A stretch of DNA of 19,412 bases from Candidatus Bipolaricaulis sp. (GCA_028713635.1 JAQTNX010000033.1:1-19412); one strand, 5' to 3'. Counted from the stretch's first letter, positions 7,806 through 16,375 are shown. A program made the numbers and translations. Notes: generated from the sequence alone by a model not told the origin.

Positions 7806-9104
7806 ATGAGATCGATGCAGTGCATGAGGGCGTTTCTTGTACTCGGTCTCGGTGCTCTCGTCGTCGCCGTTTCGGGCTGCGACTGGCTCTGGCCGGACGC
7901 TCCGGACGACACCGTGGCGCAGTCAAACCTGTCGCGGGACCTCGATCCCGAGGTGAGCGAGGACGACGCGGCGGCGCTCGCCGCGGGGAACGGGGCGTTC
8001 GCCTTCGCCCTGTACGGCATAGTCGCTACAGGCGATGAGAGCGTTCTCTTCTCGCCGTTCAGCATCTCGGCCGCCCTCGCGATGGCCTACGCCGGGGCCG
8101 GCGGTGAGATGCGGGCCGAGATGGCCGACGCTCTCCACTTCGACCTCGGCCAAGACGCGCTTCATCCAGCGTTCAACGCGATCGATCTTGAGCTCAACGG
8201 TCGCGACGAGCTTGGCGCACCGTATGAGGGCGATGGGTTCCGGCTGTCCATCGTCAACGCCGTGTGGGGCGAGCGCGGGTTCCCGTTCCTCGGCGGCTAC
8301 CTCGACGTCCTCGCCGTGGACTACGGTGCAGGATTGCGTCTCGCCGACTTCTCGGGCGACCCCGAAGGCTCGCGGACGACGATCAACGATTGGGTCAGCG
8401 ACCAGACGAACGACCGCGTCAACGACCTCTTGCCGGAAGGGAGCATCAGCTCGGGCACGCGCCTCGTCCTCACGAACGCGATCTACTTCAAGGCGCCGTG
8501 GCTGTATCCGTTCGACGAGGACGACACGGAAACGGAGCCGTTCACAACGCTCTCCGGATCGCTCGTCTCGGTGTCGATGATGCACGAGATCGTCGACGCG
8601 GCGTACGCCGAGGTTGGCGGCGTTCGGGCCGTCGAGCTGCCGTACAACGGAGGGAAGCTGGCGATGCTCGTCCTCGTCCCCGACGTCGGGACGTTCGAGT
8701 CGTTCGAGGAGTCCATCGACTACGAGACCTACGAGGAGATCGTCGGACAGCTCGAGGAGCGCCGGGTTCACCTCGGCCTGCCGCGATTCGGGTTCGACTA
8801 CGCCCTGTCCCTCGTGGACGCGCTCCGCTCGCTCGGCATGGAGGACGCGTTCGATCCGAACGCAGCGGACTTCTCCGGCATCGACGGCGCGCGGGACCTC
8901 TACATCTCGAACGTCCTGCACAAGGCGTTCGTCTCGGTCGACGAGATCGGCACCGAGGCCGCCGCGGCGACCGCCGTCGTCGTCGATGTGACGGCGATTC
9001 CGGGCGAGCCCGTGACCCTGACGATCGATCGGCCGTTCCTCTTCGTCATTCGCGACATCCCGACGGACACGATCTTGTTCATCGGACGGGTCATGGAGCC
9101 GTAG
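7806..9104 (+). CDS. Serpin (serine protease inhibitor) lipoprotein.
   Basis: ATG at 7806 preceded by a GGGGGGAGAGAGGG purine tract. Signal peptide with lipobox (LVVAVSG-C). Serpin signatures NAIYFKAPW, hinge/RCL DEIGTEAAAATAVVVD...IPGEP (approx 8943-9010) and C-terminal DRPFLFVIRD. The track start at 7689 adds a low-complexity extension. Confidence 0.9.
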   Translation: MRSMQCMRAFLVLGLGALVVAVSGCDWLWPDAPDDTVAQSNLSRDLDPEVSEDDAAALAAGNGAFAFALYGIVATGDESVLFSPFSISAALAMAYAGAGGEMRAEMADALHFDLGQDALHPAFNAIDLELNGRDELGAPYEGDGFRLSIVNAVWGERGFPFLGGYLDVLAVDYGAGLRLADFSGDPEGSRTTINDWVSDQTNDRVNDLLPEGSISSGTRLVLTNAIYFKAPWLYPFDEDDTETEPFTTLSGSLVSVSMMHEIVDAAYAEVGGVRAVELPYNGGKLAMLVLVPDVGTFESFEESIDYETYEEIVGQLEERRVHLGLPRFGFDYALSLVDALRSLGMEDAFDPNAADFSGIDGARDLYISNVLHKAFVSVDEIGTEAAAATAVVVDVTAIPGEPVTLTIDRPFLFVIRDIPTDTILFIGRVMEP

Positions 9105-9153
9105 TCGTCAGATCCCAGAGCAGCCTGCGCGATCGGCAAGCATCAAACCAAGC

Positions 9154-9179
9154 GAGGCCCCGCGTCTCCGTGGGGCCTC
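9154..9179. terminator. Bidirectional terminator hairpin between the convergent serpin and flotillin genes (8-bp GC stem GAGGCCCC / GGGGCCTC, 10-nt loop).
   Basis: Perfect inverted repeat at 9154-9161 and 9172-9179 in the 110-bp convergent intergenic gap. Confidence 0.5.
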
Positions 9180-9214
9180 AACTGTGTGCAGGGGCTCTCG
9201 ACACCCCAATCCTG

Positions 9215-11365
9215 CTACGGCTTCCTCGCACCCGCCTCCGGGGTGACCCCGACGGCGGCCAGGACATCGCCCAGCTTCCCGGCTCGGGCAAGACCGGTCA
9301 GCGAAGCAAAGAAGGCACTCATCGCCCCCTGATCCCCCCCACTGCCTCCCGAGACGTTGACCTCGGGGACGAACGGCTGCTGGCTCGCGGCCAGCGCTTG
9401 GACGACGTTGACGAGCGTCGTGCCCTCTCGCCCGAGGGCCTCGGTCTGCCGGATATACCCGTCCGCCTTGGCGAGCGCCACGGCGCGGACCTCGGCTCCC
9501 TTCGCGGTACCGACCTTCTCAAGGTAGGTCGCTTCGCCGTCCGCCTCGCGCATGCGGGCCGACGCCGTGTTCTGGGCGATGTCGATGCCGACGCTCGAAC
9601 GCGCCAGCGCCGCCTGCTGGTCGGCGAGTCCGCGCTGCTGCTCGGTGGCGATGCGCGCGGTCTCCGCCGCCTGTTGCTTCTGCAAGGTCAGGATCTGCTG
9701 GTTCGCGATCTCGCGCTCCGTGAGCACTTTGGTGAGCTCCTCGGGCAGGATGACGTCCTGGATGAAGACGCCGCGCGTGTCGACGTTATACACCTTCAGC
9801 TGGTTCATGATGTGCTGGAACGCCTCTTCCTGGACGCGCTGGCGGTTCTCGATGAACTGGATGGCCGGCATGCTCTGCAGCTTGTCGCGGAAGTGGTTGC
9901 CGACGGCCGCCTGCAGCACCTCGTTGACCAGGTTCTGCATGGTGCCCACGGCGGAGATGACGCGCGACGCCATGGTGTCCGGCACGTGGATCTGGACCTG
10001 GAGGTCGATCTTGAACACGAACCCCTCGCGGCTCTTCGCCACGATCTGGCTCAAGTGGCGGTCCAGCCGGTGGGCCTCCGAGACCTGCGTCGCCCAGTTG
10101 AGCGTAAGGATCGAGGTCGGAACGATCTCCGCGTCGTAGCAGCGGGGATTGATCGCGTACTTCCCCGTGCGCAGCGTCTCCTGCCAGATGCCGCGATGGC
10201 CGGGCCGCACGAGCGTCCCGAAACGGAACTCCTCGCCCGACGTGTCCTGGGGCACGAGCCCGACGTACGACTTGACGACGGCGACCTGACCCTGCTCGAC
10301 GACGAGCATCGGGACGAGTTCCACTTCGACCAGGTAGGGATTCAGGTTGAACGTTCCGTACAGGAGCGGGTCGTGCTGGAGCCCGATCTTGCCGCCCGCG
10401 TCGAGGAACGCTTGGGAATCCTGGTAGTTGTCGTGGAGCTTGACCTTGCTGTCGAGGATCAGGTCCGAAAGCTGGGCGTCGGTCGCGCCGGTCTCCTCCC
10501 GCTTGCGGATGTCGTCGAATCCCCCGATGCGGCATGCGATGTCCCCCGGATCGAGCGGCGGACCCTCGTGCACACGCACGATGCCGATCACGTCGACGAG
10601 CTTGACCTTGCCTTTCATCGGATCCTCGAACGTGCGGCCGCCCACCTCAGCCGTCGCCTTCTGGCTCGTCTGTTCGGAGGCTGCGCCTTCGCCTCGCCCG
10701 CCTCCGTCGACGGCGAACACGTTTCGCTTCTCGACGTTCTGGAAGAGCTGGTCGTGAACGTGGAGCGCGCCAACCTCTTGCTGTTCGGATCCGACAACAA
10801 CCTGCGGCCGGATGACGACCTGCTTGAACCGCTCCGACGGAAGTGCTCGCGCCTTCTCGAGCGCCTCCTTGGAGATCGGGACCCCGTACATCCCGCTCGC
10901 CGTGCGGACGATGAACGCCGCCGGGTGGATGGCAAGGACCGAGCCCGGGCGGAGCGTGGGCCGCTGCGGCCCCTTCTGGCCTCCGTTGTCGACAAACGCG
11001 CGCACATCGGAGAAGTCGCCGAAGACAGGCTTGTAGACTCCCGACTTCTGCCCTTCCTTGAGGCTCTCGCCGACCTGGGCGATCACCACGCCGATCTCGC
11101 CGGCGGGCACCTGGACCATCGGATGGCGGGTGACTTTGTAGATCGGCCACAGCTTGAACCAGAGGCCGGCGCGAAGCAGCTCGGCCTGGTATCCGGCCTC
11201 GCCGTGGAATGCGATCGGGTTGTCGCCCTTCAGCTTCCTGAAGCTGACGCGCTTGAGGACGAGGCCCACCTGGGTCGGTCCGATGCTCCGAATCGAACGG
11301 AGAAGCACCAACAAGACCAGCAAGCCTCCCACCACGGACACCAAGGCTATCGATAGGTCAGACAC
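9215..11365 (-). CDS. Flotillin/SPFH (band-7) family protein with an N-terminal membrane anchor, SPFH domain and a long Ala/Glu/Gln-rich coiled-coil C-terminus (717 aa from a GTG start).
   Basis: GAGGAGGG sits 6 nt upstream of the GTG at 11365 (VSDLSIALVSVVGGLLVLLVLL...). SPFH-like core followed by flotillin-type repeats (QKQQAAETARIATEQQRGLADQQAALARS...). The 53 upstream codons of the track ORF have no RBS and are Pro/Arg-rich. Confidence 0.85.
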   Translation of the reverse strand: MSDLSIALVSVVGGLLVLLVLLRSIRSIGPTQVGLVLKRVSFRKLKGDNPIAFHGEAGYQAELLRAGLWFKLWPIYKVTRHPMVQVPAGEIGVVIAQVGESLKEGQKSGVYKPVFGDFSDVRAFVDNGGQKGPQRPTLRPGSVLAIHPAAFIVRTASGMYGVPISKEALEKARALPSERFKQVVIRPQVVVGSEQQEVGALHVHDQLFQNVEKRNVFAVDGGGRGEGAASEQTSQKATAEVGGRTFEDPMKGKVKLVDVIGIVRVHEGPPLDPGDIACRIGGFDDIRKREETGATDAQLSDLILDSKVKLHDNYQDSQAFLDAGGKIGLQHDPLLYGTFNLNPYLVEVELVPMLVVEQGQVAVVKSYVGLVPQDTSGEEFRFGTLVRPGHRGIWQETLRTGKYAINPRCYDAEIVPTSILTLNWATQVSEAHRLDRHLSQIVAKSREGFVFKIDLQVQIHVPDTMASRVISAVGTMQNLVNEVLQAAVGNHFRDKLQSMPAIQFIENRQRVQEEAFQHIMNQLKVYNVDTRGVFIQDVILPEELTKVLTEREIANQQILTLQKQQAAETARIATEQQRGLADQQAALARSSVGIDIAQNTASARMREADGEATYLEKVGTAKGAEVRAVALAKADGYIRQTEALGREGTTLVNVVQALAASQQPFVPEVNVSGGSGGDQGAMSAFFASLTGLARAGKLGDVLAAVGVTPEAGARKP

Positions 11366-11470
11366 GTCGTCCCTCCTCGACCCCGCGGGCCGCGGGTGCG
11401 GGCACGGGGTCAACCGCCGCGGCAGGCCTTGCGTTGCTGTGCCTGTCGCGCTTCCGGCCGAATGAGTCGC

Positions 11471-11499
11471 ATCATAGTATGGAAGAAAGACACGGGCAA
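11471..11499 (-). promoter_or_regulatory. Candidate sigma70-like promoter for the flotillin gene (-35 TTGCCC, 17-nt spacer, -10 TATGAT), in the only AT-richer patch of the divergent intergenic region.
   Basis: Read on the minus strand: TTGCCC-gtgtctttcttccatac-TATGAT. About 100 nt upstream of the GTG start. Confidence 0.25.
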
Positions 11500-11633
11500 G
11501 TGGTGACATATTCCTGTAGGACTGCACGGCCCTTGCGCCCGGTCGATCCTGTTGGAGCCGAGTACGATCATGAACCCTCGACGCGGCGTTGCCGACCTAC
11601 CTGAGGTGAAGGATCTGCGAGAGGAGGACGTGC

Positions 11634-12701
11634 ATGGTGAAGCTGGAGCGGCTCAGCCAGGACGAGTTCAATCGTTGGCTTGCGCAGTCCGCCGACCGTC
11701 AGGCGGAAGATCGCGCCTGGGTGAACGGCACCGACTCGAAGGCTGAGCGCGAGCAGCTCGAAGCGATGATCCCTGTGCTTCTGCCAAAGGGGGTGGACTC
11801 GCCCGACCACGCGTTCCGGGTCGCCCGGGACGAAGCGGGAAACGAGCTCGGCTTCGTCTGGGTCGGCGTCGCTCCCGGAGCGCCTGAAGGCACGTGCCTG
11901 CTGTTCGACATCTACGTTCACGAGGCGCACCGCGGCCGCGGAGTCGCTCGCGCCATGCTCGAGCAGATGCTTGAGTCTCTGAAGGGCGACGCCATCAAGA
12001 CGGTCGTCCTCTACGTGCGCGCCGATAACGCCCCGGCGCGGGCTCTGTACAAGAAGCTGGGCTTCGTCGAGGACGCCGCTCCCGAAGGGGCCAGAAGCCT
12101 CCAGATGCGAAGGACGCTCGAACTCGACCCCGAGGACGAGCGTGCCCACACGTTCGAACGCCAGCACGTCGTCGTGGGCGACCTACCCTCGACGGGAACC
12201 ATTCTCGACATCGGCGGCGGCGGGGAAGGTGTCATCGGCCGTATCGCCGGCGACCGCGTTGTCGCCATCGACCGCCTGCGCCAAGAGCTGGAAGAAGCCC
12301 CCGCCGGCCCGCTCAAGATCGTCATGGACGCCCGCGAGCTCGGCTTCCTCGACGGGGTCTTCCAGACCGTGACCGCGTTCTTCTCCCTCATGTACATGAA
12401 GGCAGAGGACCATCGGCGCGTGTTCGAGGAAGTCCTGCGCGTCCTCGCACCCGGCGGCCGGTTCCTGATCTGGGATGCCGTCATCCCACCACGAGGAGGC
12501 AACAAGAAGGACGCCGTCATCTTCCCCATGACGATCGACCTGCCCACCGGCACGGTGGTCTCCACCGGCTACGGCGTCCGCTGGCCGGACGAAGGGCGGG
12601 ACGCAGCCTACTACCAGCGCCTCGCGGAGGCAGTTGGGTTCGACGTCGTGTCGGCGTGCGCGACCGGGAAGCACTTCGCCATGGAACTGAAGAAGTCCTG
12701 A
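11634..12701 (+). CDS. Bifunctional GNAT N-acetyltransferase / class I SAM-dependent methyltransferase fusion protein (355 aa).
   Basis: N-terminal half: GNAT motif A HRGRGVARAMLEQM and motif B NAPARALYKKLGF. C-terminal half: MTase motif I ILDIGGGGEGVIG, post-I VVAIDRL, motif II IVMDARELGF, motif III LAPGGRFLIWD. GAGAGGAGG sits 7 nt upstream of the ATG at 11634. Confidence 0.75.
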   Translation: MVKLERLSQDEFNRWLAQSADRQAEDRAWVNGTDSKAEREQLEAMIPVLLPKGVDSPDHAFRVARDEAGNELGFVWVGVAPGAPEGTCLLFDIYVHEAHRGRGVARAMLEQMLESLKGDAIKTVVLYVRADNAPARALYKKLGFVEDAAPEGARSLQMRRTLELDPEDERAHTFERQHVVVGDLPSTGTILDIGGGGEGVIGRIAGDRVVAIDRLRQELEEAPAGPLKIVMDARELGFLDGVFQTVTAFFSLMYMKAEDHRRVFEEVLRVLAPGGRFLIWDAVIPPRGGNKKDAVIFPMTIDLPTGTVVSTGYGVRWPDEGRDAAYYQRLAEAVGFDVVSACATGKHFAMELKKS

Positions 12702-12773
12702 CTAACAGCTGACTAGTATTGGACCGTGCCAAGGCGGCGCCCGATCCAAGTTGCAGACGACAGGGTTAGGGGG

Positions 12774-13646
12774 TCAGATCTTCACTTTCTGTGTTTCCAG
12801 GTGGTCGGCGACGCGCTTTGCGATCATGCTGATAGTCGAGTAGTGGAGGCCAAGGAAGTCGGCGACCACTTGGAGCGTGTACTCATGAGCGCGCACAGCG
12901 GCGTGGATGCGATGGTCTCGTTCAGCCTTATCGTGCACGTCGGAGAAGAGCTCATCGAGGCTCGGGCGGGTGGCGAGCCGCTCGCGGCGGGGAACCTCTT
13001 TCAGCGTCTGGTAGTCCGAGAGGAGTGGCTTGAGCTTGTCCACGAAGTCATCGGTGCCGAGCAGGATGCCGCCCCGTAGCTCGGTCCAAGCGTCGACGCC
13101 GCGACCCTGTTTCACGAACTCGCGATAGAGGTTGGCTGCGCGGGCTGGACTGCGGTGGAATTGTGCAAGGACCCAGCCAGTTGTCAGGAACTTGGGCGCT
13201 TCTGCCATCCCGGCTGTCGCGCGGTAGCTTGACCACGGCCAGTCGCGAGCGCTTCGCACAGCTCTTGCCCGCACAGGATTCAGCACCACGTACCGCGCCA
13301 GTTCGAGCAGATGGGTCTCCTTCTCGACGACGATCGCCTTGAACCGTCCTTGCAAGACATGTCCGCTTCTCACATGCCGGCGATTGAAGGCCTGAGTGTA
13401 GACGCCATTCAAGTGCCGCATCCCGCGCGACAGATTCGCTTCGGGCGTCTCGAGGAGGAGGTGGTAGTGGTTCGTCATCAGGCAGTAAGCATGACAGGTC
13501 CAGCCGTAACGTTTGACCACGTCGTCAAGGACCTCCAAGAACACCTCGCGATCTGAATCTACGAGGAAGATGTCCTGCCGCGCGTTGCCGCGGCTCGTAA
13601 CGTGGTACACGGCGCCTTCGTACTCGATGCGCAATGGTCGTGCCAT
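12774..13646 (-). CDS. IS200-like Y1 (HUH) transposase of the REP-associated tyrosine transposase type, with a C-terminal DnaA_C-like HTH domain (290 aa).
   Basis: YHVTSRGN, HUH motif NHYHLLLET, catalytic-Tyr region ARYVVLNPVRA, and C-terminal HTH (EYTLQVVADFLGLHYSTISMIAKRV) resembling the DnaA C-terminus. The stop codon lies inside the left inverted repeat. Confidence 0.8.
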   Translation of the reverse strand: MARPLRIEYEGAVYHVTSRGNARQDIFLVDSDREVFLEVLDDVVKRYGWTCHAYCLMTNHYHLLLETPEANLSRGMRHLNGVYTQAFNRRHVRSGHVLQGRFKAIVVEKETHLLELARYVVLNPVRARAVRSARDWPWSSYRATAGMAEAPKFLTTGWVLAQFHRSPARAANLYREFVKQGRGVDAWTELRGGILLGTDDFVDKLKPLLSDYQTLKEVPRRERLATRPSLDELFSDVHDKAERDHRIHAAVRAHEYTLQVVADFLGLHYSTISMIAKRVADHLETQKVKI

Positions 13647-13672
13647 GGGCTCAGTCTACCCCATCCGATCCA

Positions 13673-13780
13673 TGAAGTGAAGATCTGACCCCTTCCCCTG
13701 TGAAGTGAAGATCTGACCCCTTCCCCTTGACCCCTCCGCTCTGAAGGGAAGATCTGACCCCTCCGCTTGACCCCTCCGCT
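13673..13780 (+). repeat. Tandem REP-like repeat cluster: 2 x TGAAGTGAAGATCTGACCCCTTCCCCT (28-bp period), 2 x TGACCCCTCCGCT, and 1 x TGAAGGGAAGATCTGACCCCTCCGCT.
   Basis: Repeats read directly at 13673-13699, 13701-13727, 13728-13740, 13742-13767, 13768-13780. Each unit contains an AGATCT palindrome core. Confidence 0.7.
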
Positions 13781-14071
13781 AGGCTCTCGCGATGTTTGCC
13801 GGTCTTGGCTTGGGGCACCGCGTCCACGAGAAGCAGATTGGTCATGGCCTTCGATCTGACTCCGGCGGCGCCCGGTTCTCTCGTCCATCGCTCGGGAATC
13901 TTGGCGGGTGCGGCTCTGGGCGGCGTCGACCTTCGCGCGATTGAGGATCGACGCGGGATAGAGGAAACTGCCGAGCAATCGCTGCAAGCGGCGGAGGCGG
14001 AACGGCATCAGAGGCTGCCGAAGGGCTGCGCCCGTTGTAGTCAGCGAGCGGAACGCGGGAGGGAGCGGGCG

Positions 14072-14911
14072 ATGGCTGCGCAAGATCGAGAGATCGTCGG
14101 CCGCGGGCGAACGGCGGAGATCCTGGCGTGGGGCGACGGCCGCGTGATGAAGCTCTACCTTGAGGGGAGCAGCAGGGACTACGTCCGGCGAGAGGCGGAG
14201 GTGTCACGCCTCGCCCACCGCGCCGGGCTTCCGGCTCCCGCGGTGTACGACTCAGACGCGGCGGACGGCATCCACGAGGTCGACGGACGTCTCGGCATCC
14301 TGTTCGAGCGGATCGAAGGCCCGACGATGATGCGCGACCTCGGGAAGCGCCCTTGGATGCTGATCGCCCACTCGCGGCGGCTGGCGGTTCTGCACGCCGA
14401 GATCCACGCCGCGCCGGGGGAGGGGCTGCCACCGATGCGGGGTCGCATCGAGTGGAGCATCGAGCGCGCGAGCGGGGCGATCGGCGAGCGCGCGCAGCAA
14501 GCGGCGCGCCAGCGGCTGCGAGCGCTGCCCGACGTGCGGCAGGTGTGCCACGGCGACTTCCACCCCGACAACGTCATCCTGCGAAGGGGCTCGCCGATGG
14601 TCATCGACTGGGGGCCTGCATCGGCTGGACACCCGGCGGCCGACGTCGCATGGACCTACCTCTTGTATCGGTTCGCCGGCACGCCGCCGGGGACGCCGAC
14701 CGCCCTGCGGCTGCTTTTGGCTCTGGTTCGGAGGTGGTCGCTCGGCGTCTACCTTCGCACGTACTTCCGGCTGACCGGCCGCTCGTGGGCCGACGTCGAG
14801 GCGTGGCTCGGCCTGATCGCCATTCTTCGCCTTGCCGACGGCATTCCGGAGGAGCGCATGAGGCTCATTCGTCTGATCGAGCGCGAGTTGGGCGGGGTCT
14901 CTGCCAGCTAG
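14072..14911 (+). CDS. Phosphotransferase enzyme family protein (APH/choline-kinase-like small-molecule kinase, 279 aa).
   Basis: Gly-rich loop VGRGRTAEI. Conserved Lys VMKLY. Catalytic Brenner motif VCHGDFHPDNVIL. IDWG Mg-binding motif. GGGAGGGAG sits 6 nt upstream of the ATG at 14072. The 92-codon N-terminal extension in the track (from 13796) lacks an RBS and starts inside the repeat cluster. Confidence 0.75.
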   Translation: MAAQDREIVGRGRTAEILAWGDGRVMKLYLEGSSRDYVRREAEVSRLAHRAGLPAPAVYDSDAADGIHEVDGRLGILFERIEGPTMMRDLGKRPWMLIAHSRRLAVLHAEIHAAPGEGLPPMRGRIEWSIERASGAIGERAQQAARQRLRALPDVRQVCHGDFHPDNVILRRGSPMVIDWGPASAGHPAADVAWTYLLYRFAGTPPGTPTALRLLLALVRRWSLGVYLRTYFRLTGRSWADVEAWLGLIAILRLADGIPEERMRLIRLIERELGGVSAS

Positions 14912-15852
14912 GCAGAAGCTCGCTTGGGCGACGCGCGCCAGCGGTATGTGAGTGCGCCTCCGGGCTCGAAGCCCAGGCGCTCGTAGATCGTCTTCGCGGA
15001 GATCGAGGCGTCGGTGTAGAGCGACATCCTCTCGATGCCCTGTTCGCGGCAGGTGACCATGGCATCGTAGAGCAAGCGCTGGCCGTAGCCGTGCCTGCGG
15101 CTCTCGGGAAGGATCCCGATCCAGGCGAGGTGAGCGGCGGTCTCATCCCACCCGGCGACGAGGGTGAAGCCGATCAGCCGATCGTCGTCGAAGAGGGCGA
15201 GCGAGCCCGGATGGCCGAGCGTGTCTTCGAGAAGCGACTCGAAGTACGCACGCCGCTCGTCCTGCGTCTGCCTCGCGACAAGCTCGATCTCGCCGTGCGC
15301 GACGCAGGCGGAGTAGTTCACGTACAGCTCCTCGGGTGTCGCCGATGCGACGGGCGCGATCTCGAGCGCGGAGTCGTCGCACTCCGGGAGTTGGTCGAGG
15401 TCGCGGGCCATCGCGAAGTAGAACCGCTTGAAACCGAGATGCCCCAGGAATCCGTCAAGGCGCTCGTCGCGTGTCCAGTTCGCCGATCCCATTGGCAGAA
15501 GGATCTCGAGCCCCTTCTCGCCCTGACGTTCGATCCACGCGGTTGCCTCGAGGAGGAGCGCCGTGTGGATCGCCGCGGCATGGGCGTCGAGAGGGAGGAG
15601 GGGGTTTCCGCCGAGGAGGTCGGCCGGCGCGCCCCACGTCTCGAGGAAACCGGGCGTGAGGACGAGAAGACCGAGCGCTGTCCTGTTGTCCGATGCGACG
15701 AACACCTGCCGAGGCTCAGGCAGCTCGCGGAGGACCTTGGGCGTCCACTCGCCCGGATTGCCGTATGGATGACCGTTGGCCGCCAGCTGCACGAGGAACT
15801 GGGCGAGCACCGGGGAAGACGGCGGGTCGAGGCGGGTCACTCGGATGGGCAT
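14908..15852 (-). CDS. GNAT family N-acetyltransferase with two tandem GNAT folds (MshD-like architecture; identity as mycothiol synthase not established).
   Basis: C-terminal GNAT motif A ESRRHGYGQRLLYDAM and motif B AKTIYERLGFEP. Degenerate N-terminal GNAT fold. 314 aa. GGAG sits 4 nt upstream of the ATG at 15852. Overlaps the convergent kinase gene by 4 nt. Confidence 0.7.
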   Translation of the reverse strand: MPIRVTRLDPPSSPVLAQFLVQLAANGHPYGNPGEWTPKVLRELPEPRQVFVASDNRTALGLLVLTPGFLETWGAPADLLGGNPLLPLDAHAAAIHTALLLEATAWIERQGEKGLEILLPMGSANWTRDERLDGFLGHLGFKRFYFAMARDLDQLPECDDSALEIAPVASATPEELYVNYSACVAHGEIELVARQTQDERRAYFESLLEDTLGHPGSLALFDDDRLIGFTLVAGWDETAAHLAWIGILPESRRHGYGQRLLYDAMVTCREQGIERMSLYTDASISAKTIYERLGFEPGGALTYRWRASPKRASA

Positions 15853-15884
15853 GGGACTCCTTGAACGGTCGCGGCGATGCCGGG

Positions 15885-15913
15885 TTTGTAAGCGAGAAGT
15901 CGCGTCTCGTCAA
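15885..15913 (-). promoter_or_regulatory. Candidate sigma70-like promoter of the tandem-GNAT gene: -35 TTGACG, 17-nt spacer, -10 TACAAA (minus strand), ~35 nt upstream of the start codon.
   Basis: Minus strand reads TTGACG-agacgcgacttctcgct-TACAAA. Same -35 hexamer and spacing as the HEPN/MNT promoter. Confidence 0.35.
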
Positions 15914-15955
15914 GAATGGGTGTGGTGCGGCGCAGCCATGGAGAGAGCAGCCGGA

Positions 15956-16375
15956 TCAGGTCAAGGCGAGGTTCGACCGTCCGACCTCCTCCGTGACCCA
16001 GGCGCCGAAGACCTTCACCTGTCCGATCAGGTCGTCGACTTCGCTTGCACTCGCGACGTTGACATGATCGTAGGAAAGCGTGTTGCGCTTGCGGCGCGCG
16101 CGATCGAAGTAGTCAGCGAAGCTCCGCATGCTGGGCGGAAGATGTGGCTCGAGCTCCCTGAAGGTACGTTCGTGAAAGCCTGTCTTGCGAATGCGGGCTC
16201 CGTGGAGGCGAAGGACGACCGTGGCCAGCTGCAGCGCGGCGTTGTAGGCGAGCGCGAACCTGGTGTCCAGGTGGAGGTTGTCGATCGCAGCCTGGCCCAG
16301 ATCGCGGTCTGCGATTGCGAGCAGCTTGGCGATCTCGATTGCTGAAGGGGTGATCGGGCGGAAGGAGTCGTTCAT
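15956..16375 (-). CDS. hepT: HEPN-domain toxin of a HEPN/MNT (HepT-like) toxin-antitoxin pair.
   Basis: 139 aa. C-terminal Rx4-6H HEPN motif (RKRNTLSYDH). The start ATG overlaps the upstream MNT stop in an ATGA arrangement (ACATGAACG). Confidence 0.8.
   Translation of the reverse strand: MNDSFRPITPSAIEIAKLLAIADRDLGQAAIDNLHLDTRFALAYNAALQLATVVLRLHGARIRKTGFHERTFRELEPHLPPSMRSFADYFDRARRKRNTLSYDHVNVASASEVDDLIGQVKVFGAWVTEEVGRSNLALT

Larger units (their letters stand above)
12770..13780 (-). mobile_element. Small RAYT/REP-type mobile unit. The transposase gene is bracketed by a perfect 18-bp inverted repeat (GGGGTCAGATCTTCACTT at 12770-12787; AAGTGAAGATCTGACCCC at 13675-13692) plus further tandem REP-like copies on the right side.
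   Basis: Inverted-repeat complementarity verified base by base. The right side carries additional direct copies (13701-13727, variant at 13742-13767). Confidence 0.5.

Noticed and set aside
7923-8921. 332-aa minus-strand ORF
   Set aside because: Antisense to the serpin gene. Arg/Glu-rich with no recognisable motifs.
8264-11356. 1030-aa plus-strand ORF, the longest in the track
   Set aside because: Antisense to the flotillin gene and overlapping the serpin. Arg/Asp/Leu-rich low-complexity translation with poor GC3. Typical high-GC antisense artifact.
13673-13780. Possible CRISPR array
   Set aside because: Only 2-3 repeat units, with no regular unique spacers between them (the units abut, separated by 1-14 bp). 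Consistent with a REP cluster next to a RAYT transposase, not CRISPR.
13796-14071. N-terminal 92-codon extension of the kinase ORF
   Set aside because: Starts inside the REP repeat cluster and has no RBS. ATG 14072 has a GGGAGGGAG SD and begins right at the kinase Gly-rich loop.
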